In this document: piece after piece, positions 17,601 through 26,410 of the stretch
Layout of the letters: each line of letters starts with the position of its first letter
How positions within the stretch are numbered: position 1 is the stretch's first letter
DNA from: an uncultured candidate division Zixibacteria bacterium
GTDB taxonomy: Bacteria; Zixibacteria; MSB-5A5; RBG-16-43-9
NCBI GenBank assembly: GCA_963713865.1
Contig: OY970208.1
Span: 1,792,001-1,856,000, forward strand
Length of the DNA: 64,000 nucleotides
Direction of reading: 5' to 3'
Program-made: the position numbers and the translations under genes
Notes under the pieces: generated by a model
Database searches by the model: none
What the model saw: the letters and a program-made list of their open reading frames with translations, nothing else
What the model was told of the DNA's origin: nothing

Positions 17601-20483
17601 ATTTTTATCAGCCGGGCCAGTAACAACCGGCGGGCTGTTTACGGACTTGGTAACTATAACGGTATCCTTGTCTAAGGCACCGCAGGAGTCGGTTACCGTT
17701 ACGATGATGGTATCCGGCACAGAAGTAGTAGCAGTATAATAGACTGAATCGCCGGACAGCGTGCCCTTATTGGTACTCTTGGACTGGATGTTGTTGTCGG
17801 TATCAGAGAAAGTAAACGGCTTCACGCTAATCGTAGCCGGCAGTGAGCAGAGGGCGATATTTTTATCAGCCGGGCCAGTAACAACCGGCGGGCTGTTTAC
17901 GGACTTGTTGACTATAACGGTATCCTTGTCTAAGGCACCGCAGGAGTCGGTTACCGTTACGATGATGGTATCCGGCACAGAAGTAGTAACAGTATAATAG
18001 ACTGAATCGCCGGACAGCGTGCCCTTATTGGTACTCTTAGACTGGATGTTGTTGTCGGTATCAGAGAAAGTAAACGGCTTCACGCTAATCGTAGCCGGCA
18101 GTGAGCAGAGGGCGATATTTTTATCAGCCGGGCCAGTAACAACCGGCGGGCTGTTTACGGTCACCACCCAGGTAGCAGTATCATAATCTACTACTCCACA
18201 GGCATCAGTTACTTTATAGATGAAGTTATATGTACCAGCAGTTGTTGGTGCCCATTTCTGAGCTCCGGTTAAAGGAGAGGTGCCATTAATCGTGGTAAAA
18301 CTACCAGGGCCTGAGATCTTCTCCAAAGTGAGGTTCTGACCTGTATTCGGATCTGTTGCGCTAACATTGAAATTAACGCTATCGCCCGGATTACATATGA
18401 ACTTGTTATTATCCGGTGCAGTTACAGTTGGTGGAGAGTTTATAGTGATAACATAAGTTGCAGTATCAAAATCATATCTACTGCACTTGTCCACTGATTT
18501 GAAAATAAATTCATAAGTCCCACTGGCAGTTACATAATATTTCAACACACCTGAAAGAGGTGGATAACCGTTGAGCATGTTGAAAGTCCCTGGACCAGAG
18601 TACTTATATAAGGATATGGTATCATTAGGATTACCATCCGTGGCTGTAACTGTGAATCTTATGGTGTCAGGACCGCATAAAAACTTATTTGAATCCGGTG
18701 CAGAAACGACTGGAGGAGGATCTAAAGATATTATCCAGGTAGCAGTATCATAATCTACGGCACTACAAGCATCCGTTACTTTATAGATGAAGTTATATGT
18801 GCCTGCAGCTGATGGTGCCCATTTCTGAGTTCCGGTTAGAGGAGAAGAACCATTTACTGTTGTAAAACTACCAGGACCTGAAACCTTTTCCAAGATCAGG
18901 TTCTGACCTGTATTCGGATCTGTTGCATTAACATTGAAATTAACGCTATCATTCGTATAGCATATAAATTTGTTGCTATCCGGTGCTGTTACTGAAGGCG
19001 GTGAGTTAAAAGAGATAACCCAAGTAGCAGTATCCTTATCAGTAGCACCGCATTTATCTGTTACAGTATAGATATAATCATAAGTTCCCGCAGAGTTAAT
19101 ATAGATTTTAATATTGGCAGATAAGGGTGAAAGTCCCTTAATCGGAGTAGCTATCCCGGGACCAGAGAGAGTTAGAGTATCACCAGAGTTTGGATCAGTG
19201 GCAGTAACGGTGAACCGGATGGTATCCGGTCCACAGAAGAACTTGGATGAATCCGGGCCGGTAACAACCGGCGGGCTGTTTACGGTCTTGGTGACTATAA
19301 CGGTATCCTTGTCTAAGGCACCGCAGGAGTCGGTTACCGTTACGATGATGGTATCCGGCCCGGAAGTAGTAGCAGTATAATAGACTGAATCGCCGGACAG
19401 CGTCCCTTTACTGGTACTCTTAGACTGAATGTTGTTGTTGGGGTCAGAGAAAGTAAACGGCTTTACGCTAATCGTAGCCGGCAGGGTGCAGAGTGCGATA
19501 TTTTTATCAGCCGGGCCAGTAACCGTTGGAGCAGAGTTCATCGTAATAATATAAGTGGACGTATCATAATCAACCTTGCCACATTTATCTGTGGCTTTGA
19601 AGATGAAATTATAAGTCCCACTGGCTGTCACATAGTATTTTAACAAACCGGATAAAGGAGAGGTACCAGTTACAGTATTAAAAGTCCCTGGTCCTGAGGT
19701 TTTTTGTAATGTCAGGCTGTCACCAGCATCTATATCTGTAGCAGTAACGGTAAACCTGATTGTGTCAGGGTTACAAAGTATTTTGGTTGAGTCGGGAGCA
19801 GTTATCACCGGCGGGTTACCAAGAGAGATTGCACCCACAATCATATCATTGTGATCCATGTTAGCATCGGTGTGGTCATCGTCGATATAGATGAGATAGT
19901 CAAAGTCTCCGCTGGTAGTGAAATCTTCAGTGAAGGTGTCAAAGAAATATGTGGCACCAGTCCCTTTAAAGGCACTCACATCATAAACCATGAACCACTG
20001 GTGTTCACCGACAGTCGACCCCCGGGTTAGCATTCTTTCACTAAACAGATAAGAATCGTTGCCATCGTAATGTCCGTTACCATTCTGGTCGTTGAGAAGC
20101 CAGAGACCAATCCTGGCCCCGGCAGTAATATTGGTAGTGTCTTTAGCACCGGCAGCGTCTGGGCCACTGAACACCAGCACCGTGTTGTGCCCAACTCCCA
20201 AATCGGTGTAGTAGCCAAAGCGATTGACATTGTCCCACTCAGTGTATTCTTGTAGAAGCTTCCACTCCTGCTTGCCACTACAGAAGCTAATCAGAACATC
20301 CTGCTGGCTAGAAGCCAGGGGAGTCTGTAAATTGCCATTTACGTACAAACTTGGTACGGCTCCAGTGGTGTTAGGTAACTCTACATACCGGGAGTCAGCT
20401 CCTAAACTCTCCGTCACATTGAAGACCCATAGGAATAAGGTTAAGATATATACGAGTCCAAATAGCTTTAGCTTTTTTCTCAT
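14673..20483 (-). CDS. giant secreted scaffoldin/adhesin-like protein: DUF4114-like N-domain, many Ig/cadherin-like repeats, cohesin-like domain, dockerin-like pair, FlgD-Ig/T9SS-like tail
   Basis: Signal peptide; NSPPxVT repeats; PGDTVSVPILL...GGFDLRIEFDP; RGDINLN...TDINADG; NYPNPFNP tail. Confidence 0.8.
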   Translation of the reverse strand: MRKKLKLFGLVYILTLFLWVFNVTESLGADSRYVELPNTTGAVPSLYVNGNLQTPLASSQQDVLISFCSGKQEWKLLQEYTEWDNVNRFGYYTDLGVGHNTVLVFSGPDAAGAKDTTNITAGARIGLWLLNDQNGNGHYDGNDSYLFSERMLTRGSTVGEHQWFMVYDVSAFKGTGATYFFDTFTEDFTTSGDFDYLIYIDDDHTDANMDHNDMIVGAISLGNPPVITAPDSTKILCNPDTIRFTVTATDIDAGDSLTLQKTSGPGTFNTVTGTSPLSGLLKYYVTASGTYNFIFKATDKCGKVDYDTSTYIITMNSAPTVTGPADKNIALCTLPATISVKPFTFSDPNNNIQSKSTSKGTLSGDSVYYTATTSGPDTIIVTVTDSCGALDKDTVIVTKTVNSPPVVTGPDSSKFFCGPDTIRFTVTATDPNSGDTLTLSGPGIATPIKGLSPLSANIKIYINSAGTYDYIYTVTDKCGATDKDTATWVISFNSPPSVTAPDSNKFICYTNDSVNFNVNATDPNTGQNLILEKVSGPGSFTTVNGSSPLTGTQKWAPSAAGTYNFIYKVTDACSAVDYDTATWIISLDPPPVVSAPDSNKFLCGPDTIRFTVTATDGNPNDTISLYKYSGPGTFNMLNGYPPLSGVLKYYVTASGTYEFIFKSVDKCSRYDFDTATYVITINSPPTVTAPDNNKFICNPGDSVNFNVSATDPNTGQNLTLEKISGPGSFTTINGTSPLTGAQKWAPTTAGTYNFIYKVTDACGVVDYDTATWVVTVNSPPVVTGPADKNIALCSLPATISVKPFTFSDTDNNIQSKSTNKGTLSGDSVYYTVTTSVPDTIIVTVTDSCGALDKDTVIVNKSVNSPPVVTGPADKNIALCSLPATISVKPFTFSDTDNNIQSKSTNKGTLSGDSVYYTATTSVPDTIIVTVTDSCGALDKDTVIVTKSVNSPPVVTGPADKNIALCSLPATISVKPFTFSDTDNNIQSKSTNKGTLSGDSVYYTATTSVPDTIIVTVTDSCGALDKDTVIVNKSVNSPPVVTGPADKNIALCSLPATISVKPFTFSDTDNNIQSKSTNKGTLSGDSVYYTVTTSVPDTIIVTVTDSCGALDKDTVIVNKSVNSPPVVTSPADKNIALCSLPATISVKPFTFSDTDNNIQSKSTNKGTLSGDSVYYTVTTSVPDTIIVTVTDSCGALDKDTVIVNKSVNSPPVVTSPADKNIALCSLPATISVKPFTFSDTDNNIQSKSTNKGTLSGDSVYYTATTSVPDIIIVTVTDSCGALDKDTVIVNKSVNSPPVVTSPDSTKFLCTSGVIGFTVTATDPDPGDTITLEGSGIPTPKKGVNNVSANVQFNITSSGTYNYVYKVTNGCGAADYDTATWIITINSLPTLVVPQTISACLGDTAKFAVKGDDPDKDYNITLEKLSGVGDFPPRNGKPPLTGEWSWIPSPSDTLNNPHKVVFRVTDHCGAYVIDTVYVTVQNCACDIYVKIGEVDCANPGDTVSVPILLKTSTPIGGFDLRIEFDPTIFYFLNVTRGDGLSADWEYFTYRQLPCPMCGCCKYKLLLLGFYDIKDLHAGIPIEPNSDYVELARVKFKVANDNNLRGFFTNVCFEWDEGECTQNTFSDPTGYILYVSSNPEEFNYAECDTQYHPGNEVLNRVCFEPCGGVLICTTGKKVRGDINLNLIAYDPADLTLFSSYFIYGTSVFTIDPPVQIANTDINADGYPLSLSDFILMIRIILNDASAIPKPTPGSDLATIYVSQGKVSTNANLGAALFTFKGEGKVSSNLTFEQGVVDGNMKVLVYMNSGAGLTGELLTVSGATLDKIEAVDNFGRPVKTTLVNKVIPTAFALYPNYPNPFNPTTNISFALPEDSRVSLKIYNLSGQIVKTVIDANLPAGTFTVIWDGINSSDERVASGIYFYKLTAGNYSQTRKMCLMK
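16581..18160 (-). repeat. six near-identical 258-bp (86-aa) tandem repeats plus a partial unit; a seventh related copy at about 19255-19523
   Basis: Unit boundaries at 18158, 17900, 17642, 17384, 17126, 16868, 16610; few substitutions between units. Confidence 0.95.
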
Positions 20484-20529
20484 TTTTTTTCCCTTGGTTA
20501 GGGGTTATATATATTTAACATCATATTAT

Positions 20530-20545
20530 CGCAATTTAAGTGCCG
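20530..20545 (-). promoter_or_regulatory. sigma54 -24/-12 promoter of the giant gene
   Basis: Minus strand CGGCACTTAAATTGCG, GG-N10-GC. Confidence 0.65.
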
Positions 20546-21034
20546 ATTTAACCAGAACAGTTATCAATTTTTTTCATCTGCATATCTATTTGTCAATTAA
20601 CGATATATCGAACTGTTTTAAAATCACAAAAGAATGTCTCAAAATGCTATGCATGATAAATCACAAAAACTGAAAAATATTTCAATATTACACTTAAGCT
20701 AATTTCTAAAAGAACAAATATTTTACTCATAAATAAATAAAAAAAGATAAAACTACACACTTGAGATTTTTAAAATCTTTTTTGAGGACTTAAAATTTTC
20801 TAAAAAGAGGTAACGCCTTACACCTTTTACACTTGCAATATAATCTGCCATTTTTTTTTGTCAAGGATTTTCTTTATATTTCCAAACTTTTTTTATTAAA
20901 ATAATTTTGTAGCTAACTGATTGTATATCTACGGCTTACCTTTTCCAACCTCAGGAGTTTACTTTACATTAATATTTAATGCTAGTTAGGTCTAATAAGA
21001 TTTTCAGATAATCCGTTATAAACTGAAATAATTC

Positions 21035-21063
21035 TTGACAAAATTTAGCATTTGGATTATTTT
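21035..21063 (+). promoter_or_regulatory. sigma70-type promoter
   Basis: TTGACA-17-TATTTT upstream of 21183. Confidence 0.45.
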
Positions 21064-21182
21064 ATTTTAAAAGAACAATGAAGCTGATCTTTTCGACTAA
21101 TCTTTAACTAAGGAGAACAATTTAAAAACTGCTTTTTACTTATGAGTGTAATATTTTAACCTAAAGGACAAGGAGGTTTAAG

Positions 21183-23132
21183 ATGAAGAAGGTCGTAATA
21201 GCTTTTGGGGTGATATTGCTTGTTCTCTTTCCTTACTTTGCCAAAGCTCAGGATCCTGGTGTGGCTGATACAGCTATAGTGCAGTGTTTAGAGAAGGTCA
21301 GGCCTAATTCCCAGGTAATTTTGAACGTTTATATAATTAATGATGAACACTTAGGTGGATTTGCGATCCCTATTGCCTTTCCGGATTCCGCTACTAATCT
21401 GGATATCATTTGTGATTCTATAAGCTTTGTAGGCACAAGAGCGGCTGATGCTGGCATTAAAAGCGATACGGCATATATAAATAATGCCAAAAACAGGCTT
21501 CTTATTTTTGCGGCCTGGATTGGAGGAGATTTAGCTCCAGGGAATGGTTCGGTTGCCAAACTATTTTTCAGAACCGGTCCTGCCTGGGATTCAACCATGT
21601 ATGTTAAAGTTGATTCCATTTTATGGCCTCCTATTTCCAGTTTAGAATTCACCAAGACGGATGGTAATGGATTCTTACCTGCTTTTATTAAAGGATGTCT
21701 GGGTAAGCCAGCTGTTCCCACCATTACAGTTTCCTCTCCCAATGGAGGGGAGAACTGGAGAGTGGGAAGTGTACATGATATAACCTGGAGTTCTCAAAAT
21801 TTTACCGGGAATGTAAAAATAGAATATTCCACCAATGCCGGTTCAACCTGGATTACAATTATCTCAAGCACAGTTGATGATGGGGTCCATCCCTGGGCTA
21901 TACCTAACGCACCTACAACTCAAGGCAGGGTAAAAGTCTCAGGCGCAGCCACTGGAACTCCATCTGATATAAGTAATGCTAATTTTACCATAAGCACTGC
22001 TCCCGTTATTACTGTTCCAGGTATGCAAACTGTCTTATGCGATACTCTCAACTGTGATACTCTTCGTTTTGAAGTCTATGCCACAGATGGGGATCCTGCA
22101 GATATCCTGACTATTACCAAATACGGGGTAGGAGATTTTTATACCGTACCTCATCCAACCCCTGATACTGGATTCTTGAACTGGGTGCCAGTGCCTGCAG
22201 ATACTGGGACCGGGGTTGGGATATATATAGACACCTTCGTAGTGAATGATGGGACAGGTTTAGCTGATACTGATATGGTTACGATTAAGGTAAAACCTCG
22301 CCCGGTTGTTCCTCCCTCAGGTAACGAAGGTGACGTAAATGGAGATGGAAAAATTAATGTTACTGATGCAATCTTTCTGGTTAATTTCCTTTTTAAAAAT
22401 GGTCCTGAACCAAATCCACCCCCAGCCGGGGATATTAATGCTGATTGTGTTACCACTGTGTCAGATATAGTTTACTTGATTAATTATCTATACAAGGGAG
22501 GTGCTGCTCCAAAGATCAGGTGTAACCCGGGCGATATAGATTATGATGGGTATGTGAATGTTCCAGACGTAATCTATTTTATCAATTATCTCTTCAAGAG
22601 TGGACCTGCTCCCAGATCTATGAAATCCTCAGATGTGAATGCGGATTGCTCTGTGGATATCGTGGATTTGATCTATCTGATAAATTTTCTTTTCCGAGGA
22701 GGTCCTATACCTCAGCCCGGCTGTGTGGAGCCTATGTATAAAGCTATTCCTCCAGCCTTAGCAGAAGTGGAACTTTTTGAACCAAAAGAGGTAAGCGGAA
22801 TCATAGAGATCCCTGTTAATTCGAACTTTGATCTTCCTGTGGCTGGTGTTCAGATCCTGATAGAATTTGACCCATCTCAATTTGAACCTTTGGATCCGAT
22901 TTTGACAGAGAGGAGCCAGAACCTTTCACTCTTCTCCTCTTATAAAGATAATCATCAGATAATGGGGTTGCTCGATTTACAAGGACAAAATTACATTCAG
23001 CCCGGTACCGGTTCAATCGCTACTCTAAAATTTAAACCTAAGATAGCTAATTACGATTTGAGCCGTTTGAAGATTTCTGAGGCAATCCTGGTGGATAGTG
23101 AAGCTAATACTCTTCAGACTACAATTAAATGA
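21183..23132 (+). CDS. secreted adaptor-like protein: cohesin-like, Ig-like, two dockerins, C-terminal cohesin-like
   Basis: Signal peptide; VILNVYIINDEHLGGFAIPIAF; SPNGGENW Ig domain; four EF-hand-like dockerin repeats; IEIPVNSNFDLPVAGVQILIEFDP. Confidence 0.78.
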   Translation: MKKVVIAFGVILLVLFPYFAKAQDPGVADTAIVQCLEKVRPNSQVILNVYIINDEHLGGFAIPIAFPDSATNLDIICDSISFVGTRAADAGIKSDTAYINNAKNRLLIFAAWIGGDLAPGNGSVAKLFFRTGPAWDSTMYVKVDSILWPPISSLEFTKTDGNGFLPAFIKGCLGKPAVPTITVSSPNGGENWRVGSVHDITWSSQNFTGNVKIEYSTNAGSTWITIISSTVDDGVHPWAIPNAPTTQGRVKVSGAATGTPSDISNANFTISTAPVITVPGMQTVLCDTLNCDTLRFEVYATDGDPADILTITKYGVGDFYTVPHPTPDTGFLNWVPVPADTGTGVGIYIDTFVVNDGTGLADTDMVTIKVKPRPVVPPSGNEGDVNGDGKINVTDAIFLVNFLFKNGPEPNPPPAGDINADCVTTVSDIVYLINYLYKGGAAPKIRCNPGDIDYDGYVNVPDVIYFINYLFKSGPAPRSMKSSDVNADCSVDIVDLIYLINFLFRGGPIPQPGCVEPMYKAIPPALAEVELFEPKEVSGIIEIPVNSNFDLPVAGVQILIEFDPSQFEPLDPILTERSQNLSLFSSYKDNHQIMGLLDLQGQNYIQPGTGSIATLKFKPKIANYDLSRLKISEAILVDSEANTLQTTIK

Positions 23133-23160
23133 GTAGCCTTTAGAAATCCGAATAAACTAA

Positions 23161-23197
23161 AAATAGCCTTCCTGGAAAATTACCAGGAAGGCTATTT
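23161..23197. terminator. intrinsic terminator
   Basis: AAATAGCCTTCCTGG-aaaatta-CCAGGAAGGCTATTT. Confidence 0.75.
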
Positions 23198-23239
23198 AAA
23201 TTGTTACCTGTTTTTTCAAGCAGGCTTACACTCAAGCAT

Positions 23240-23316
23240 AAAAAAATACAGGGCAGTCCCGCATTTTGCGGGATCGCCCTGCTGGAACTGAAAGAACTAA
23301 TTGGGCCTTCTGCCCG
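23240..23316 (-). ncRNA. putative sigma28-dependent small RNA
   Basis: Upstream TAAG-15-TCCGATAT (23349-23323); 5' GGGC/GCCC hairpin; unpaired spacer; terminal hairpin CAGGGCGATCCCGC...GCGGGACTGCCCTG followed by TATTTTTTT. Confidence 0.5.
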
Positions 23317-23364
23317 ATTATTATATCGGAAGAAGAAAGGTTAAACTTAATAACTGTTGAATAT

Positions 23365-23389
23365 AAAAAAGCCCCCGTAGGGGGGCTTT
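23365..23389. terminator. intrinsic terminator of the small minus-strand ORF
   Basis: AAAAAAGCCCCC-gta-GGGGGCTTTT. Confidence 0.75.
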
Positions 23390-23407
23390 TAGGCAGACGG
23401 GAACTTT

Positions 23408-23572
23408 CTATTTCTTCTTGGGCTTCATCACTTCACCACAGCACATCAGAGTGCTGGTTCCAATCCCGGCTTTGGTGATTGCTACCTCCATCCCGCAAGG
23501 TACGCAGTAATAGACCTTCTTTGCCTTTTTAGGAGCCACTTTTTTACGGGCAACTTTTTTCTTCATAACCAT
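23408..23572 (-). CDS. 54-aa Lys-rich protein with desulforedoxin-like Cys4 motif (not in the ORF track)
   Basis: MVMKKKVARKKVAPKKAKKVYYCVPCGMEVAITKAGIGTSTLMCCGEVMKPKKK; GGAGGTG RBS; own terminator. Confidence 0.8.
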   Translation of the reverse strand: MVMKKKVARKKVAPKKAKKVYYCVPCGMEVAITKAGIGTSTLMCCGEVMKPKKK

Positions 23573-23860
23573 CTATCTCACCTCCCTCAAAGGAGTGTTA
23601 TTAAAATACTTGAAATCAAAGTAATAATAGTCAATCATTTTAAAATAAACAAGAGCTAATTTTAAACATATTAAATATGTTTAAAAGATATTTTGACTGA
23701 AATTGAGATATAACGGTATGGTTTTCATTCAGAAAGCTATTAGGATAGATTAAAAAACTAATTGATTTTTAAAAATTTTTGATTAGATTAGTATTAGCTT
23801 TGATAGTAATCTAAACCTTCTGGTTTAGATATCTCCATCAATTGAACTACAGGTTTTAAG

Positions 23861-26233
23861 ATGAATTTACCTTTAATAGAGATTTTCTTCTCGCTGATTT
23901 TACTCCTGCTCTGGTTTACTTTAGTAAATTTGAGAGACAGGTATTTAGAACTCAACCTCAAAGGATGGGGTGAGATGAGCTTGGGTGTCTTTTTTATTTT
24001 CGTAGGAAGCCTGTTAGAATTGAGTGAGAATATCCCTGAGATTCAACCTTATCTATCTGTAAAAAATATGGCATGGGGAGAGTTCTGCAAAATAGCTTTA
24101 TATGTTACAGGTATTATCCTGGTCAGCTTCAGCCCCATAAACTGGCTACCAGCCATTCTAAATGAAAGAGATAGATTTAAGAAAATAAGAAGAAAATATG
24201 TGGAAATAAATTCTTTTTTATCGGAGCTGGATAAATCATCTAATCAGGTTGAGGTTAAAGATGCCTTGAGCTCCCTGCTTGACTTTTCCCTGACATATCT
24301 TTGCCAAGAACTCAAAGCAGAATCTGGAGCAATCTTCCTTTTCAATGATTTTGAAAGGGAGTTAGCCTTAACACATTCCCTGGGTTTAGCCCCAACGATT
24401 AAAGAAAATGTCAAGAAAATAATGAAAGAGGTAAATATTTTCAAACGTGCTCTAAAGGGTAATTGTGTTGAAACCACAAATGAACTCATAAATTCTGAAC
24501 GAAAATTAGCACTGGCAGTAAAAGATGATAATTTAGAATCCTGTATCTGCATTCCTCTTTATTCAAACGAAGAGCCTATAGGTGTAGTCTCACTGTTCTC
24601 TATGAACAAATATCTTTTTGAAAATCCCGATTCTGAGAATTTATTAGAATGGGCAGGGGTTTTAGGGAGAAGAATCCAGGGATTGCTAATAATAGAGAGA
24701 TTAGAACAACAAAAGAGGGAATTAAAGATAGCCCGGGAGAAAGAGAGAGCACTCAGACTTATAGCAGAAAATTTAGTTGAAGATAATTTTGAAGAGGTAT
24801 TTTCTCGTATAGTAAAAACCGGCGCAGAAATATTTCATCCTTGTGATTGTAAAATTTATCTTCGGGAAGGGGACACTTTATTTTTAAGAGCTACTTCGCA
24901 GACCGAATTTTCAAGAGCTGAGATCTATTTACCTGGATATTGCTGGTTTAAAGAGGCAATGGAAGATAATGAAATAAAATTTTTATCGGATGAACAGGAT
25001 CCAGAACTGAAGGTCAAAGGGGTCAAAAAAGTTGTAGCGATTCCTCTTAAAATGAAAGATAAAGCTTCCGGGTTAATCGTTTTTGAATGTAAAACCAAGC
25101 AAGATAGTCTCTCTTTGTCTGAGCTGGACTTTGTTAAAACCTTAGCTCTACAGGCTACAGTTGCCCTGGAGGGGATTATCTTAAATCAGATCTTGGAGAA
25201 GAAGGAAAAGATGATCATCTCATTTTTAGATTCATTGGAGGATCGAGTAACAGTTCATGATAGAAATCAGAGAATTATTAAAATAAATAAAGCTGGTTTA
25301 AAGCTTTTGGATCTGACCGAGGAAGAGGTATTGGGAAAGAATTGTTTTCAGGTGCTATATCAACAAAACCAGCCTGAAGTCTGCCCCTGTTATCTTACTT
25401 TCAAAGAGAAAAAGCCTTATTTCAAACAGATTAAATTGGTTAATGAAAAATCAAAAGATGAAGGATTATTAAAAATCTGGACCTATCCTTTACTGGATGA
25501 TAAAGGGGAGGTGGAGATGGTGGTGGAATATGCCAAATTTGAAAAAGTTCCGGGATCTCTGTCTAAAACAGATAAAGGTAAAAGGGAAGTTTCCAGAGAG
25601 TTCTTCAATGACCTGAATAATATCTTAGCCGGGATTTTAGGCAATGCTGAGCTTATAAGGTTTCAGATTAAATCCTATAAAGATTTAGCTTTTAATACCA
25701 TTGCGGATCAGATGAGTTTGATAGAGGAATTAGTGATCGAAGGAAGCAAACTTATCCGTGAGGTAAAAGGCGAGACGGAGGAGATTCCAGAGAAAAAAAT
25801 GATCTCAGATAAAGAGATTGATATTACAGAAGAGAAGAGGATAGCGGAGAGTCTGAAGATTTTAGCTATAGATGATCAGAAGATAATCCGCGACCTTTTA
25901 GAGAGTATTCTACTGGGATTAGGGCACAGTATAAAAGTAGCTTCTTCAGGTAAAGATGGACTTGAGCTTTTCCAGCGTGATGGCTTTGATCTTGTGATAA
26001 CTGATCTGGGAATGCCAGAGATGTTTGGCTGGGAGGTCTCTCAAAGGGTAAAGGAGATAAGAAAAGAGACACCGGTGGTAATGATAACCGGCTGGGGTGT
26101 AAGTTTTGAGCAGGAGAAAATCAAGGAGTTTGGCGTGGACTATCTTTTGCCAAAACCTTTCAGGGTAGAGCAATTATCCAGACTTTTGGACCTGATCAGG
26201 GATGAGAAGATTCGGAAAAGAAATCAGGTTTGA
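23861..26233 (+). CDS. membrane-anchored GAF-GAF-PAS-receiver signalling protein with degenerate HisKA and no HATPase
   Basis: Three TM helices; FFNDLNNILAGILGNAEL lacks the His; REC domain IDDQ...TDLGMP...KPF. Confidence 0.8.
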   Translation: MNLPLIEIFFSLILLLLWFTLVNLRDRYLELNLKGWGEMSLGVFFIFVGSLLELSENIPEIQPYLSVKNMAWGEFCKIALYVTGIILVSFSPINWLPAILNERDRFKKIRRKYVEINSFLSELDKSSNQVEVKDALSSLLDFSLTYLCQELKAESGAIFLFNDFERELALTHSLGLAPTIKENVKKIMKEVNIFKRALKGNCVETTNELINSERKLALAVKDDNLESCICIPLYSNEEPIGVVSLFSMNKYLFENPDSENLLEWAGVLGRRIQGLLIIERLEQQKRELKIAREKERALRLIAENLVEDNFEEVFSRIVKTGAEIFHPCDCKIYLREGDTLFLRATSQTEFSRAEIYLPGYCWFKEAMEDNEIKFLSDEQDPELKVKGVKKVVAIPLKMKDKASGLIVFECKTKQDSLSLSELDFVKTLALQATVALEGIILNQILEKKEKMIISFLDSLEDRVTVHDRNQRIIKINKAGLKLLDLTEEEVLGKNCFQVLYQQNQPEVCPCYLTFKEKKPYFKQIKLVNEKSKDEGLLKIWTYPLLDDKGEVEMVVEYAKFEKVPGSLSKTDKGKREVSREFFNDLNNILAGILGNAELIRFQIKSYKDLAFNTIADQMSLIEELVIEGSKLIREVKGETEEIPEKKMISDKEIDITEEKRIAESLKILAIDDQKIIRDLLESILLGLGHSIKVASSGKDGLELFQRDGFDLVITDLGMPEMFGWEVSQRVKEIRKETPVVMITGWGVSFEQEKIKEFGVDYLLPKPFRVEQLSRLLDLIRDEKIRKRNQV

Positions 26234-26410
26234 ATATTGATTAAAATATAACTGAGAATAAAACATCTAAAGGGGTACGTTGTCCGCCAAGGGCGGATGC
26301 CCCCACTTTTTCTTTGACAAACAATCTAAATTTACTTAAATTTTCCAACAAGATATAAGGGCGTATTTCAAATGCCATACCAACTAATAAATTTTAAAAC
26401 AGGGAAAAAA

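Noticed and set aside
16581-18160. Repeat array as CRISPR or a DGR template/variable pair
   Set aside because: Units are contiguous, in-frame and 258 bp with no spacers; no cas or reverse transcriptase gene in the window.
16423-19380. Series of repeated 78-94-aa plus-strand ORFs
   Set aside because: Antisense shadows of the 258-bp coding repeats; no RBS or independent signal.
23266-23478. 70-aa plus-strand ORF
   Set aside because: TTG start inside a hairpin, crosses a terminator, and is antisense to the better-supported 54-aa gene.
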